Shown here one piece after another: positions 1 through 12,648 of a stretch of 64,000 bases of DNA. A program made the translations under genes and the position numbers. Under the pieces are notes generated by a model that saw only the letters and a program-made list of their open reading frames with translations, made no database searches and had not been told where the DNA came from. This DNA is from Candidatus Yanofskybacteria bacterium RIFCSPHIGHO2_01_FULL_44_24 (GTDB lineage Bacteria > Patescibacteriota > Minisyncoccia > 2-02-FULL-40-12 > GWA2-44-9), in contig MGJK01000002.1 of NCBI GenBank assembly GCA_001794215.1, forward strand, positions 3,310 to 67,309, given 5' to 3'. Position 1 is the stretch's first letter. Each line of letters begins with the position of its first letter.

Positions 1-860
1 CTTCAGTGGGGAAGGTTAAATCAATGGAAAACTTTTTAGGCAAGCCGGTTTTTGAGTCTGTGCCTTCTGAGCCTGTCTTGATCACGGGCTGGTCATCGGC
101 CCCGGATATAGGCAAGAAATTCATTACGACCGAGTCAAAAGAAGAAGCTCTTAAGATTTCGGCGGCTAACGTAAACCTCGATCCCCTGTTTGTTTTTCTT
201 AAGGGTGAAAAAGAAAATCCTGAAGATCCCAAAAAGAAGATTTTGAATTTAGTAATTAAGTCAGACGTGTCGAGCTCTCTTGAGGCGATCGACACTTCCC
301 TGAAGGCGATTAAGTCAGATGAGGTGGAATTTAGGGTTATTACTTACGACATCGGTAATATTAATGAGGCAGATATCAAAACTGCCATTGGAGCAAAGGC
401 AGAGGTGATCGGTTTCAGGGTTGGCGTAGATGAATCGGTCAAAAAAATGGCGGAACGGGAGGGTGTTAAGATAGCTTCATTTGATATCATCTATCAGCTG
501 ATAGAATTTGTCCGGAAAGAAATGGCCGGGTTGCTTGATCCGGAAATAAAGAAGATTCCGTTGGGAAAACTTAAAATCCTGGCAGTTTTCAAAAAGGATC
601 CAAAGTGGCAAATTGTTGGCGGAAAGGTTGTGTCAGGAAAAATTATGCGAGGAGCGATGGCTGATGCCTTAAGGGGCAACGTCGCGATCGGTAGCGGTAA
701 GATAAGCCAGCTCCAACATAACAAAGAGGACACTCAGGAGGTAAAAGAGGGCTTCGAGTGCGGTATAAGATTTGATACTGCAGGCAAGGAATTCAAAGAG
801 ATTAAGGTCGGCGATATTCTGGATGTATATGAAGAAGAGAAATTAGCTAGGTCATTGTAA
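1..860 (+). CDS. infB: translation initiation factor IF-2, C-terminal part (5' end outside window)
   Basis: ORF 6..860 stays in frame back to the window edge. The C-terminal IF-2 domain pattern is present (…EVIGFRVGVDESV…, …IIYQLIEFVRKEMAGLLDPE…, …GFECGIRFDTAG…). Confidence 0.85.
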   Translation, partial: SVGKVKSMENFLGKPVFESVPSEPVLITGWSSAPDIGKKFITTESKEEALKISAANVNLDPLFVFLKGEKENPEDPKKKILNLVIKSDVSSSLEAIDTSLKAIKSDEVEFRVITYDIGNINEADIKTAIGAKAEVIGFRVGVDESVKKMAEREGVKIASFDIIYQLIEFVRKEMAGLLDPEIKKIPLGKLKILAVFKKDPKWQIVGGKVVSGKIMRGAMADALRGNVAIGSGKISQLQHNKEDTQEVKEGFECGIRFDTAGKEFKEIKVGDILDVYEEEKLARSL

Positions 861-904
861 ATATAAATCTTGCAGTACATATCATTACCACCTATAATTA
901 GTTA

Positions 905-1633
905 ATGGGGATAAGATACAGAGTTAATGAGGCGTTCTTTGATAGGTGGAGCCCGAAAATGGCATATGTTTTAGGGTATTGGTATGCCGACGGTTCAATA
1001 TATCCATCAGCTCGAGGCAGTTATCTAAGCGCAACGAGTATTGATAGGGAGATTATTTATAAGATTAAAGATTGGTTAAAATCAGAACATACGATTAGAG
1101 AAGAAAAGCCCGCCGGGTTAAATAGAAAAACTAGGTTTATTTTAAGAATAGGAAATAAAAGTTTATATAATGCTCTTCGAAAATTGGGTATTTATCCAAG
1201 TAAGTCATTGACAGTAAAGTTTCCGAATATCCCAAGTCATTTTTTAAGTCATTTTGTGAGAGGCTATTTTGATGGAGATGGGTGTATATTTCTAGAAATG
1301 AGGAAAGGTATAACCAGAGATCGGATTATAAAGAGACTGTCGGCAATATTTACCTCGGGTAGCCAGAATTTTCTAGTAGAGTTATGTAAATTGCTTGGAC
1401 GCTCATTAAAACTTAAGCAGAGCAAGATTTACAGAGGCCATCGATCTTATCAGTTAAGGTATTTTACCTCTGATAGTATAGAGTTATTTAAATTTATGTA
1501 TGGAAACTGCAGTAGGGGCGCCTATCTGACAAGAAAATTCGACTATTTTGGAAGATATTTTAAGTTACGTCCGCAAAAGTTAGATGTTAGTATTAAAAAA
1601 ATACTTGATAAACATGGCCACGTGGCGAAGTAG
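905..1633 (+). CDS. LAGLIDADG homing endonuclease (double-motif, single-chain)
   Basis: Two LAGLIDADG-type motifs, LGYWYADGS and VRGYFDGDGC, lie ~100 aa apart. It is a free-standing 242-aa ORF between infB and tRNA-Cys. Confidence 0.8.
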   Translation: MGIRYRVNEAFFDRWSPKMAYVLGYWYADGSIYPSARGSYLSATSIDREIIYKIKDWLKSEHTIREEKPAGLNRKTRFILRIGNKSLYNALRKLGIYPSKSLTVKFPNIPSHFLSHFVRGYFDGDGCIFLEMRKGITRDRIIKRLSAIFTSGSQNFLVELCKLLGRSLKLKQSKIYRGHRSYQLRYFTSDSIELFKFMYGNCSRGAYLTRKFDYFGRYFKLRPQKLDVSIKKILDKHGHVAK

Positions 1634-1688
1634 CAAACGCATCGGTCTGCAAAACCGACATTCGTGGGTGCAAGTCCCATCGTGGCCT
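1616..1688 (+). tRNA. tRNA-Cys (anticodon GCA)
   Basis: Cloverleaf: acceptor GGCCACG/CGTGGCC, anticodon stem TCGGT/ACCGA with loop CTGCAAA, T-arm GTGGG-TGCAAGT-CCCAT. 73 nt. The T-loop is slightly non-canonical. Confidence 0.6.
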
Positions 1689-1763
1689 CAAGTTATGAAA
1701 ATACCACCCCAACCTATTGCCGAAATTTATCCGAATAATTTGTCGACAGGTTATCAAAAGAAT

Positions 1764-2765
1764 ATGATTTATAAAAATATCTTAGTCACCGGCGGATGCG
1801 GGTTTATAGGCAGTCACTTTATACGTTATTTAGTCGATAGATATCCAAACGCTAATATAGTAAACGTTGATTTGCTGACTTACTGCGGGAACCCCGAGAA
1901 TGTTAAAGATGTTTCAACCCATCCCCGTTACAAGTTCTATAGAGCCGATATAGGCGATTTCAAGGCGATGCGGGATATATTAAATCAGCATCAGATTGAG
2001 TGTATAGTTAACTTTGCGGCCGAATCCGATAATAATAAGGCCGTACTATCCCCCGCTGACTTTATCCGTACCAATGCTTTTGGTACGGGCATTCTTCTTG
2101 AAGCGGCTCGCCAGTCCGAGACTATTAAAAGATTTCATCATATTTCAACCTGTGAAGTATTCGGTCAGCTTCCTCTGAAAAGCAAGTCAAAATTCAAGGA
2201 AAATTCTCCATACCAGCCTCGAACTCCCTACAATGCTTCAAAGGCCTCGGGTGATTTGGTAGCTAAGAGCTATTACCACACCTTCGGACTTCCGGTCACG
2301 ATAAGTTATTGTGCAAATAATTACGGGAGTCACCAGTTTCCGGAGAAAGTCATACCGGTTTTTGCCATCAGAGCCCTGAAAAACGAACCTCTCCCGGTCT
2401 TTAAATCCTCAGGCAATAAGAGAGAGTGGATTCACGTTTCTGATCATTGCCGGGCCATAGACTTGATTTTAGAAAAAGGAAAAGTCGGGGAAGCCTATAA
2501 TATCGGAACCGGTTTAGAAAAAACAGTTACTAATATCGCAGACGATATCTTAAAGATATTAAAAAAGCCCCAGACTCTGAAGCGAGTTGTCCCTGATCGT
2601 CCCGGTCACGATTCAAGATATCTTCTGGATTCCTCAAAGATGAAGAAACTTGGCTGGAAGCCTAAGGTTAGCTGGAAGGACGGCTTTGCAGAAACAGTAA
2701 ATTGGTACAAAGATAACTCGTCATGGTGGGAGCCGCTTTTGGCTAAATCTCATTCGTGGAAGTAG
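1764..2765 (+). CDS. rfbB: dTDP-glucose 4,6-dehydratase
   Basis: N-terminal Rossmann motif ILVTGGCGFIGSHF and the SDR catalytic region YNASKASGD. The ATG at 1764 is chosen over the track start at 1584, which would read through tRNA-Cys. Confidence 0.85.
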   Translation: MIYKNILVTGGCGFIGSHFIRYLVDRYPNANIVNVDLLTYCGNPENVKDVSTHPRYKFYRADIGDFKAMRDILNQHQIECIVNFAAESDNNKAVLSPADFIRTNAFGTGILLEAARQSETIKRFHHISTCEVFGQLPLKSKSKFKENSPYQPRTPYNASKASGDLVAKSYYHTFGLPVTISYCANNYGSHQFPEKVIPVFAIRALKNEPLPVFKSSGNKREWIHVSDHCRAIDLILEKGKVGEAYNIGTGLEKTVTNIADDILKILKKPQTLKRVVPDRPGHDSRYLLDSSKMKKLGWKPKVSWKDGFAETVNWYKDNSSWWEPLLAKSHSWK

Positions 2766-2767
2766 CG

Positions 2768-3646
2768 ATGAAATACAAAAGGCCAAAGATATATGTTCTT
2801 GGAGCAAGTGGGTTTTTGGGTTCCAGGTTCGTGGATTATATGAAGGGTAAAGAATTTGAAATTATAACAGAAAAACTTGATATTACTGATTTATCTAATC
2901 TTCGTAAATCATTCAAAAAAATAAAACCCGATGTGGTTATTAACTTTGCAGGAGTAAGGGCTCATCCAAATATTGACTGGTGCGAGGACCATAAGATAGA
3001 GACTGTTCAGGTAAATGTTACGGGTGCGGCCAATGCCATGCTCGCTTCTTTAGAGATTGGTTCATACCCGATCCAGATATCGTCAGGATGTATTTATTCG
3101 GGCGGGATAGAGTCTGAATTTACTGAAGATGATCAGCCTAATTTTTATGGAAGTTTTTATTCGAGAATGCGAATAGTTATGCAGGACTTACTAAAAGAAT
3201 TACCGGTATTGCAAGTCAGGATTAGGATGCCCATTTCATCATTTTTTCACCCTCGAAACACAATCACCAAGCTTATTTCTTATAAAAAGGTAATTTCGAT
3301 TCCTAATTCCGTGACCTTGATTGAGGATCTTTATCCGGCCCTTGAAAGATTAATTGATATTAAACCAACCGGTATTCTTAACTTAACTAATGAAGGCTAC
3401 ATAAGCCATGAGCAAATTCTGAAGGCCTACAAGAGAATTATTGATCCGGGACATAAATATCAACTGATTAGTCTTAATGAGCTGGACGGGCCCGGAGGAA
3501 TATTGAAAGCAAAACGCAGCAATTGTGTCCTATCTGCAAAGAAAGCCAAGGGTCTTGGTGTCGGTATGCCACGATTGACTGATGAGAGAATTGAGGAAAT
3601 AATGAGAAAATATAAAATCAACATAGCCCACAAGGCATCACTATGA
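2768..3646 (+). CDS. rfbD: NAD(P)-dependent sugar epimerase/reductase, probably dTDP-4-dehydrorhamnose reductase
   Basis: N-terminal glycine-rich motif IYVLGASGFLGS. Position is between rfbB and the nucleotidyltransferase gene. Start overlaps the rfbB stop (GTG 2756 or ATG 2768). Confidence 0.5.
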   Translation: MKYKRPKIYVLGASGFLGSRFVDYMKGKEFEIITEKLDITDLSNLRKSFKKIKPDVVINFAGVRAHPNIDWCEDHKIETVQVNVTGAANAMLASLEIGSYPIQISSGCIYSGGIESEFTEDDQPNFYGSFYSRMRIVMQDLLKELPVLQVRIRMPISSFFHPRNTITKLISYKKVISIPNSVTLIEDLYPALERLIDIKPTGILNLTNEGYISHEQILKAYKRIIDPGHKYQLISLNELDGPGGILKAKRSNCVLSAKKAKGLGVGMPRLTDERIEEIMRKYKINIAHKASL

Positions 3647-4389
3647 AAGGAGTCATTCTTGCGGGAGGCCTGGGAACAAGATTGCGGCCTCTTACAAATA
3701 TAACCAATAAACACCTAATTCCGGTTTACAATAAACCGATGATTTTATATCCTCTTGAGACACTGATAAAATCAGGAATTAGAGACATTTTAATCGTTTC
3801 CGGCCGTGAACACGCCGGTCATTTTGTGGAATTTTTAGGATCCGGTAAAGAATACGGAGTCCGGTTAACCTATCGAGTTCAGGATGAGGCCGGCGGTATC
3901 GCTCAGGCGTTGTTACTGGCCGGAGACTTCGCTGATCGAAAACCTGTCATGGTTATTCTCGGGGACAATATCTTTGAAGATAATTTTTCTAAATATGTCA
4001 AAAGCTTTCGTAAAGGTGCCCGCATATTCTTGAAAAAGGTTCCGGATGCTAAACGATTTGGCGTTCCGGTGCTTGAAGGCAAAAACGTGGTTAATATTCT
4101 CGAAAAACCAATGCCACCCCCTAACGACCATGCCGTAACCGGAATATACCAGTACGACGGAGATGTTTTCAAAATCATTAAAAAACTAAGACCCTCTGAT
4201 AGGGGCGAGCTTGAGATTACCGACGTTAATAACGCCTATATAAAAAGAAGAAACCTTAAGGCCGAAATAGTGAGGGGTTTTTGGAGCGATGCCGGAACAT
4301 TTGACTCTTTAGCCCGGGCTACTCAATGGGCCCTTCGACAGTTCGATAAGATCACCGCAGGGAAGCTCAAGGGCAGACCCCTCAGATAA
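3643..4389 (+). CDS. rfbA: sugar-1-phosphate nucleotidyltransferase (glucose-1-phosphate thymidylyltransferase-like, short form)
   Basis: MKGVILAGGLGTRLRPLT signature of the NTP_transferase family. The ATG overlaps the upstream stop. Confidence 0.7.
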   Translation: MKGVILAGGLGTRLRPLTNITNKHLIPVYNKPMILYPLETLIKSGIRDILIVSGREHAGHFVEFLGSGKEYGVRLTYRVQDEAGGIAQALLLAGDFADRKPVMVILGDNIFEDNFSKYVKSFRKGARIFLKKVPDAKRFGVPVLEGKNVVNILEKPMPPPNDHAVTGIYQYDGDVFKIIKKLRPSDRGELEITDVNNAYIKRRNLKAEIVRGFWSDAGTFDSLARATQWALRQFDKITAGKLKGRPLR

Positions 4390-4460
4390 TCCTCTAATGA
4401 GTTTTAGCGGTAAAGTTTTATTGAAAAACAGGAGAAAATAGGCTAATATTAACCAAAATT

Positions 4461-4544
4461 GCCGGCATGGCGGAATTGGCATACGCAACGCACTTAAGAT
4501 GCGTCGCCCGTAAGGGATTGTGGGTCCGACTCCCACTGCCGGCA
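4461..4544 (+). tRNA. tRNA-Leu (anticodon TAA)
   Basis: Acceptor GCCGGCA/TGCCGGC, anticodon stem-loop ACGCA-CTTAAGA-TGCGT, long variable arm (type II), T-arm GTGGGTCCGACTCCCAC. Confidence 0.75.
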
Positions 4545-4625
4545 CACTTCAACAAGCTGGTTCGACTTTCTTTAATTACATTCAGGGCAAGTTATTCACC
4601 ACAAGCTCAGTGTAAACCAAAAAGA

Positions 4626-4652
4626 AAAAGGTCTCTCCGAAGAGGACCTTTT
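4626..4652 (+). terminator. hairpin + T-run after tRNA-Leu (followed by two more short perfect hairpins to ~4690)
   Basis: AAAAGGTC…GACCTTTT 8-bp stem followed by TTTT. Then CCGAAC-TTTC-GTTCGG and GAGAGC-CGAA-GCTCTC hairpins. Confidence 0.4.
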
Positions 4653-4778
4653 CCGAACTTTCGTTCGGTTCGAGAGCCGAAGCTCTCTAATAGGAACTGA
4701 CCTAATAATACCATCTCCATTAATATATGCAACATATTCTTGTGGGTAACTTTTTACGCTTCATCTACGACTCCTTCT

Positions 4779-5333
4779 ATGTCTCTTTTTTACACTCGTA
4801 AAGGCGATAAAGGCAAGAGCTATGTCGGTAAAAGGTTTGTAAAGAAAACCTGTCTTGAGGTTGAAGCTCTTGGCGAACTCGACGAGTTGAATAGCCTTCT
4901 TGGTCTAATCAAGAGCGGAAGGGTAAGTAAAAAATTCCAGGGGCTTATTCATAATATTCAAGAGAATCTTTTTATAATCCAGTCTCGGGTGGCTAATGCA
5001 ATGCTGGGCGGAGCTTTTAAGGTCCCGGAATTTAAAAAAGAAAAAATAGACGAAGCCGAAGACATTATTGACCGCTTTGAGAAGTCCTTAAAACCGGCCA
5101 AGAAGTTTATTGTGTCCGGTATTAATCCCCTTTCCGCCTGGCTGGATCATGCTCGGGCGAAGTCTCGTCGCGTAGAACGCAGTGTTTTGAAGATTATTAA
5201 TCCAAGAAGAAGAGCCATGCTCAATCCGGAAATTCTTGCCTACCTCAATCGCTTGTCGAGCCTCCTCTTTGCTATGGCCAGGATGGCTGTCAAGGAGTCC
5301 GGCAAAAAAGAAATTCACCCTACCTACCGGTAG
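4779..5333 (+). CDS. cob(I)alamin adenosyltransferase, PduO-type (MMAB family)
   Basis: N-terminus MSLFYTRKGDKGKS…EALGELDELNSLLG matches the PduO-type adenosyltransferase N-terminal pattern (IYTKTGDKG…RVEAYGTVDELN). The start is moved to an internal ATG. Confidence 0.65.
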   Translation: MSLFYTRKGDKGKSYVGKRFVKKTCLEVEALGELDELNSLLGLIKSGRVSKKFQGLIHNIQENLFIIQSRVANAMLGGAFKVPEFKKEKIDEAEDIIDRFEKSLKPAKKFIVSGINPLSAWLDHARAKSRRVERSVLKIINPRRRAMLNPEILAYLNRLSSLLFAMARMAVKESGKKEIHPTYR

Positions 5334-5397
5334 GCTTGTTATAAATACCGGTTTTTTATATACTTTTCTCGAGTTCGTTTAAAAATGGAGTTTAACC

Positions 5398-6249
5398 TTG
5401 AAAAAAGCAATCTTGATAACCGTTTTGGCATTAGGGTCTGATATTTCAGTTGCCCAGAACCAGGACTTCAGGGTTCTCAATGATCAACTCATCGTCAAGC
5501 AGGGCCAGGTGCTGATTGTGGATGTTAATAAATATATACTTGCATCCGATATCGGAGTCTATGCTTTCGGCAGCACCTATACTCCAAATAAAAACGGCCG
5601 GACTTTTATAGGCGTTGATTCGGAGAAAGTTAAACCGGGTTTATATGTTGTCTACTTGGTTAATATGAAAGATGGTAGTTGGGTCGGGAGCCAATCTTCT
5701 CAGGTAGAGGTTCTAAGCGGAAGTTTGCCGGTAGTAAGAATTAACAAAAAATCGGCTTCTTCTCAGGTTGATTCGAAAAGAAGAGCAAAAGAATCTCAGC
5801 TGATATCAGGAGCCTATGCTCGCGGCAGTAAGTCGGAAGATTTTACGGATGGCGACTTTATTTATCCGCTGAAAGATCTGTTTATCACGGGGCCATTTGG
5901 TTTTCGGGCCTATTCGAATGCAACTTTTCTGCACAGGGGCGTTGATCTGAGAGCTACCGCAGGAACATCTGTTTTAGCAGTTAATTCAGGCAAGGTTGTT
6001 TTAGCTAAGACTAATTTCTCTTTGGAAGGTAATATGGTAATCCTCGATCACGGATCGGGCGTCTTCTCGATTTATATGCACTTGTCTCGAATTTTAGTCA
6101 AAGAAGGCCAGACCGTTAACAAGGGTCAGATTATTGCTCTATCCGGCAACACGGGATCTTCAACCGGCCCCCACCTCCACTTGGCTTTTAAGGTATCCGG
6201 CACTATAGTTGATCCATTCGGATCCATCGAGGTGATAAACAAATATTAA
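5398..6249 (+). CDS. M23 family metallopeptidase (LytM domain), secreted
   Basis: Signal peptide. The C-terminal block HRGVDL…GSGVFSIYMHLS…GNTGSSTGPHLH matches the M23 HxxxD/HxH motifs. Probable TTG start. Confidence 0.85.
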   Translation: MKKAILITVLALGSDISVAQNQDFRVLNDQLIVKQGQVLIVDVNKYILASDIGVYAFGSTYTPNKNGRTFIGVDSEKVKPGLYVVYLVNMKDGSWVGSQSSQVEVLSGSLPVVRINKKSASSQVDSKRRAKESQLISGAYARGSKSEDFTDGDFIYPLKDLFITGPFGFRAYSNATFLHRGVDLRATAGTSVLAVNSGKVVLAKTNFSLEGNMVILDHGSGVFSIYMHLSRILVKEGQTVNKGQIIALSGNTGSSTGPHLHLAFKVSGTIVDPFGSIEVINKY

Positions 6250-6277
6250 AAAACCGACAGCGTAGTCGGTTTTTTTG
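6250..6277. terminator. bidirectional intrinsic terminator between convergent genes
   Basis: AAAACCGAC-AGCGTA-GTCGGTTTTTTT. Confidence 0.6.
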
Positions 6278-6292
6278 TTTGGGATTAGAGTT

Positions 6293-7195
6293 TTATTTTT
6301 TGTTATGAAAACGCTTATGAACCTCTCTTAACTGTTTATCGGTAACATGGGTATATATTTGGGTCGTAGTGACCGAAGCGTGACCGAGCATTTCTTGAAC
6401 GGAGCGTATATCTGCTCCGTTGCGAAGAAGGTCGGTGGCGTAGGAGTGCCTTATAGTATGGGGTGATATATTCTTTCCCATAATCCCGGCTTTTATCGAG
6501 TATTTTTTTACTATTCTTTGGATGCTTCGGGGCGTCAGGCGAAGATCGGCCTCGGAATTTTTTTTAGAAATCCTTATGAATAGAGCCTCGTCCACGTCGG
6601 TTCTCTTCTTTTCGTATTGATAAATTCTATTTTTGGCATCTTCGGAAAGAAAGACTAATCTTATCTTGCTGCCCTTGCCTATTACCGACAGCTCCCCGCG
6701 CTTTAAATCTATCTTTTCCCGATTCAATGAGCAAAGTTCCGACACCCGCATTCCTGTGCTGAAAAGGACGCTTAGTATTGCCCGATCTCTTAAGGCATCC
6801 AAGTTCTCCCCTTCCGGAGCATTAAGCAATCTTTCGAACTCCTCGTTCTCTAAAAAGGTTACTTCCCGGGCCTCTTGTTTGCCAAGTTCAATTTTTTCGG
6901 CCGGAACAGACTTGATTCCTATTTTTGCCAGGTATTTCAAAAAATTTCTCAGGGAAATGACATGATAATTCTGAGTGATTCTTTTCAGGGTTTTTCCATT
7001 AGTATCCCTTAGGCGGTTAATAAAAAGCCTGTATTGGCGTATCAAGTCCTCGGTTAAATCATCTGCGTTGTTTGTTTTGGCAAAGCTCAAAAAACGGTCG
7101 AGATATCGGCTGTAGTTTTCTATGGTTTTAGCCGAACGTCCTTTTTCTATTTCAAGGTATTCGAGGTATCGATTTTTCAGTTCTTTTAAGTCCAT
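6293..7195 (-). CDS. tyrosine site-specific recombinase, XerC/XerD family
   Basis: N-terminal SAM-like domain (YLEYLEIEKGRSAKTIENY). C-terminal catalytic block HTIRHSYATDLLRNGADIRSVQEMLGHASVTTTQIYTH with the R…HxxR…Y residues. Confidence 0.85.
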   Translation of the reverse strand: MDLKELKNRYLEYLEIEKGRSAKTIENYSRYLDRFLSFAKTNNADDLTEDLIRQYRLFINRLRDTNGKTLKRITQNYHVISLRNFLKYLAKIGIKSVPAEKIELGKQEAREVTFLENEEFERLLNAPEGENLDALRDRAILSVLFSTGMRVSELCSLNREKIDLKRGELSVIGKGSKIRLVFLSEDAKNRIYQYEKKRTDVDEALFIRISKKNSEADLRLTPRSIQRIVKKYSIKAGIMGKNISPHTIRHSYATDLLRNGADIRSVQEMLGHASVTTTQIYTHVTDKQLREVHKRFHNKK

Positions 7196-7269
7196 GGTCG
7201 ATAGTGAAATAAGGCGCTTAAATAATGATGGGTCGCATAATCTAATTATATAGCAGATCCCATCGGGAT

Positions 7270-7297
7270 AAAAGGCCTCCGAATCGGAGGCCTTTTA
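7270..7297. terminator. intrinsic terminator (bidirectional)
   Basis: GGCCTCCG-AAT-CGGAGGCC followed by TTTTAAGTGTTTT, with an A-run upstream. Confidence 0.6.
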
Positions 7298-7348
7298 AGT
7301 GTTTTATAACTGCTCAAACAAAAACCTCGGGCATAAGTCCGCGGGGAT

Positions 7349-7909
7349 TTATAGAATACCCAGTTCTTTTAGCGAGTCTTCGTATAGGTTGATCGCTCTT
7401 TTGGCTTCGGCATACCTTGCGAAGTATTTAGTGTCGTGGACTATAAGATTTCTGAGTTTATGGGCTTCCCAGAGGCCGTCGAGCGACTGAAGCCTAACCT
7501 TGTCTATATTTACCAAACGCTCCCCCATTGTTTCACCGGGATAGCCGGCCGCTTTCAGAATTTCATCAATTAATTTATCGGCTTCTATAACTGCAAATTT
7601 CCATTCCGCTTCTTTTACGGAATTGATATGCCGGACTATCTCTTCCCACCTGGCCGCTACCCCTGATCTGGCCGGGGTAAAAGGCAGGCTTTTTACTATT
7701 GATCCTCGCTTTGAATTCAGGCGCCTTATTCTCATTATCAGGTAGACCAGAAGAGCGAAGCAAATCGCCGATATTAAAAAAGAAAACGGCTTGATCCGGT
7801 CAGGACTCGGTGCGGCGTTAAATATCTGGGCAAAACCCAAATAATCAGCAGTGCCGTATAAAACGTCCCCAAGGTTCGAAAATATATTAGCTAATTCGTT
7901 GGTGTTCAT
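7349..7909 (-). CDS. hypothetical membrane-anchored protein
   Basis: 186-aa ORF with one TM helix ([15 protein letters not shown]). Its stop overlaps the gatA start. No family recognised. Confidence 0.45.
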   Translation of the reverse strand: MNTNELANIFSNLGDVLYGTADYLGFAQIFNAAPSPDRIKPFSFLISAICFALLVYLIMRIRRLNSKRGSIVKSLPFTPARSGVAARWEEIVRHINSVKEAEWKFAVIEADKLIDEILKAAGYPGETMGERLVNIDKVRLQSLDGLWEAHKLRNLIVHDTKYFARYAEAKRAINLYEDSLKELGIL

Positions 7910-9303
7910 AAAACTTTTTCCAGCTGGTGAGCTGCATTGAGCAGGGTTTGCTCGTCAAAATGTTTTCCGATCATTTGGAACCCGATCGGCAGGCGGCTGT
8001 TTTTACCGAGCCCGGCCGGAATTGATATTCCGGGAAGGCCGGCTAAGTTCACGGGGACAGTATATACGTCCTCAAGATATAAAGAAAGAGGATCGGATGC
8101 CTTCTCCCCTATTTTGAAGGCTGTTGTCGGGGATGTGGGTCCGACTATGACATCGACTTTTCCGAAAGCTTCATCGAAGTCTTTTTTGATGAGCGCCCGT
8201 ACTTTTTGGGCTTTGAGGTAATAAGCGTCGTAATATCCGGATGACAAAGCATAGGCCCCGAGCATTATTCTTCTCTTTGGTTCCGGTCCGAATCCGTGAG
8301 ATCTTGATTCAAGATAAGTATCCGAAAGCGTCGATCCACCATGAGACGAATAGCCATAGCGGATTCCGTCAAAGCGGGCGAGATTAGAGGATACCTCGCT
8401 TGGCACTATGATGTAGTATGAAGCAAGAGCATATTCGAAATTTGGCAGGCTTATATCCGCAATCTCGCATCCTAAATCCTCGAGCTTGGCTATGGCGTAT
8501 CTTATTTTTTCCTCTACTTCCGAGCTCAGTCCTTCTCTGAAAAATTCTTTGGGTACCCCTATCTTCAAACCTTTTATATTTTTGTCGAGGTTTTTGGTAA
8601 AATCAGGCACTTCACGAGGAACGGTGGTTGAATCAAATTTATCGGTTCCGGCAATTATGCCCAGGACCAGAGCGGCATCGTAAACATTTTTTGTCAGCGG
8701 TCCGATCTGATCAAGCGAAGAAGCCATTGCAATCAGGCCATGGCGGGAAACGCGTCCATAGGTGGGCTTAAGCCCCACCACCCCGCACATGCTGGCAGGC
8801 TGTCTAACGGAACCGCCGGTATCGGAACCCAAGGCAAAAACGCACAGATCCGCGGCTACGGCCGCGGCCGAGCCGCCTGAAGATCCGCCGGGAACCCGTT
8901 TTACATCGTGAGGATTCTTCGTTGGTCCGAAAGCGGAGTTTTCAGTGGATGTTCCCATAGCAAATTCGTCTAAGTTTGTTTTTCCGAGAAATTGGACGCC
9001 GGATGACCTAAGCTTGCTAACGGCCGTCGCATCATAGGCGGATATGTAGTTTTCAAGTATTTTTGATCCGGCCGTAGCCGCCGTACCCTCTATCAGCATA
9101 TTATCTTTAATTGCGCACGGTACGGCGGATAGAGGCTGATCGGGTAGGATGTCGGTCCGGTTTTCAAAGACAGACAGGTAAGCATTCAGCTTGTTGTTTT
9201 CTATCTTTATCTTGGCGTTGTAATATTTGAAAATTTCTTCAGCGGAAAATTCACGTGTTTTTAATCCGGCCAAGATATCTTTTATTGTATAGTTTTTAGC
9301 CAT
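7906..9303 (-). CDS. gatA: glutamyl-tRNA(Gln) amidotransferase subunit A
   Basis: Amidase signature [13 protein letters not shown]…[13 protein letters not shown]. Confidence 0.9.
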   Translation of the reverse strand: MAKNYTIKDILAGLKTREFSAEEIFKYYNAKIKIENNKLNAYLSVFENRTDILPDQPLSAVPCAIKDNMLIEGTAATAGSKILENYISAYDATAVSKLRSSGVQFLGKTNLDEFAMGTSTENSAFGPTKNPHDVKRVPGGSSGGSAAAVAADLCVFALGSDTGGSVRQPASMCGVVGLKPTYGRVSRHGLIAMASSLDQIGPLTKNVYDAALVLGIIAGTDKFDSTTVPREVPDFTKNLDKNIKGLKIGVPKEFFREGLSSEVEEKIRYAIAKLEDLGCEIADISLPNFEYALASYYIIVPSEVSSNLARFDGIRYGYSSHGGSTLSDTYLESRSHGFGPEPKRRIMLGAYALSSGYYDAYYLKAQKVRALIKKDFDEAFGKVDVIVGPTSPTTAFKIGEKASDPLSLYLEDVYTVPVNLAGLPGISIPAGLGKNSRLPIGFQMIGKHFDEQTLLNAAHQLEKVL

Positions 9304-9604
9304 TCTTATTTAAAACAGATTTTACTTTGATAAATCTTTTTTCTGAGCGAGGGGCTTGTCCTATCAGTTTTTCATTCAGTTTGTCGCTCATTTCAAAGTC
9401 AGCTCGATGCTTGTCGGGGCGGCCGGAATTAGTAAGGCCGGTTACTTGGTATAGGGGTTCAACATTTTCAGTATCGAGCTCATTCAGCTTATTGATGTAG
9501 TCAATAATCAAAGAGAGTTCCTTGCGGAACTTATCTTCTTCTGCCCCGGATATCCTGATTCTGGCCAGATTGGCTATATGTTTTATTTCTTTTTCAGAAA
9601 GCAT
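9296..9604 (-). CDS. gatC: glutamyl-tRNA(Gln) amidotransferase subunit C
   Basis: ~100-aa protein immediately upstream of gat[19 protein letters not shown] matches the GatC pattern. Confidence 0.75.
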   Translation of the reverse strand: MLSEKEIKHIANLARIRISGAEEDKFRKELSLIIDYINKLNELDTENVEPLYQVTGLTNSGRPDKHRADFEMSDKLNEKLIGQAPRSEKRFIKVKSVLNKNG

Positions 9605-9630
9605 GTCTAAAAATTAGCATAATCAAAGGA

Positions 9631-12128
<2,498 letters not shown>

Positions 12129-12129
12129 A

Positions 12130-12648
12130 TTAGTTTAAAAGCTCCAGCGTTATGTCTCTTGATACGACAGTCGTTTGAAGATCGGCGCTGAAAACGCTAT
12201 TGCCGATTACGTTTCTTACAGATGCTATCATGGTCACTTTCGTTGATTGATTGTCGCCGTTCCCCGATCCCCCGTTTCCGGTTATGCAGAATTTGAAAGT
12301 ATCGAAGGTAACGTCGCTCGAGTTTAATACCGATCCGTTCTTCACGAGATTGCCCCCGCTCAAGCTGTAAGTGATCGAACCGCGGATGGGGTGGTCTATG
12401 CTTAAAGTTGTTGCGGTGCAGGCAGAGTTTGCGCTGGTTACTTCGCTGACTTGGATCTCTTTGATCATGGATTCGAAAACAAATATGATGTTTTCCTGAA
12501 CCTTTTGGGCAGATCTTCCCCCGCGCTCTATCTGTACAGATTTACCGAATATGCCCGTGACGGCCAAAAGAGTAACAGAAAAAACGAAAGCTGCAACAAT
12601 CAACTCTATCACGGTGAAGCCTCTATTGTTCGGGGTAGATTTGATCAT
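12130..12648 (-). CDS. minor pilin / pseudopilin with prepilin-type N-terminal cleavage-methylation motif
   Basis: RGFTVIELIVAAFV class III signal (G-F-T-x-x-E). Confidence 0.75.
   Translation of the reverse strand: MIKSTPNNRGFTVIELIVAAFVFSVTLLAVTGIFGKSVQIERGGRSAQKVQENIIFVFESMIKEIQVSEVTSANSACTATTLSIDHPIRGSITYSLSGGNLVKNGSVLNSSDVTFDTFKFCITGNGGSGNGDNQSTKVTMIASVRNVIGNSVFSADLQTTVVSRDITLELLN

Noticed and set aside
1584-1763. 5' extension of the rfbB ORF
   Set aside because: It overlaps the predicted tRNA-Cys. The conserved RmlB N-terminus (MIYKNILVTGGCGFIGS) begins at 1764.
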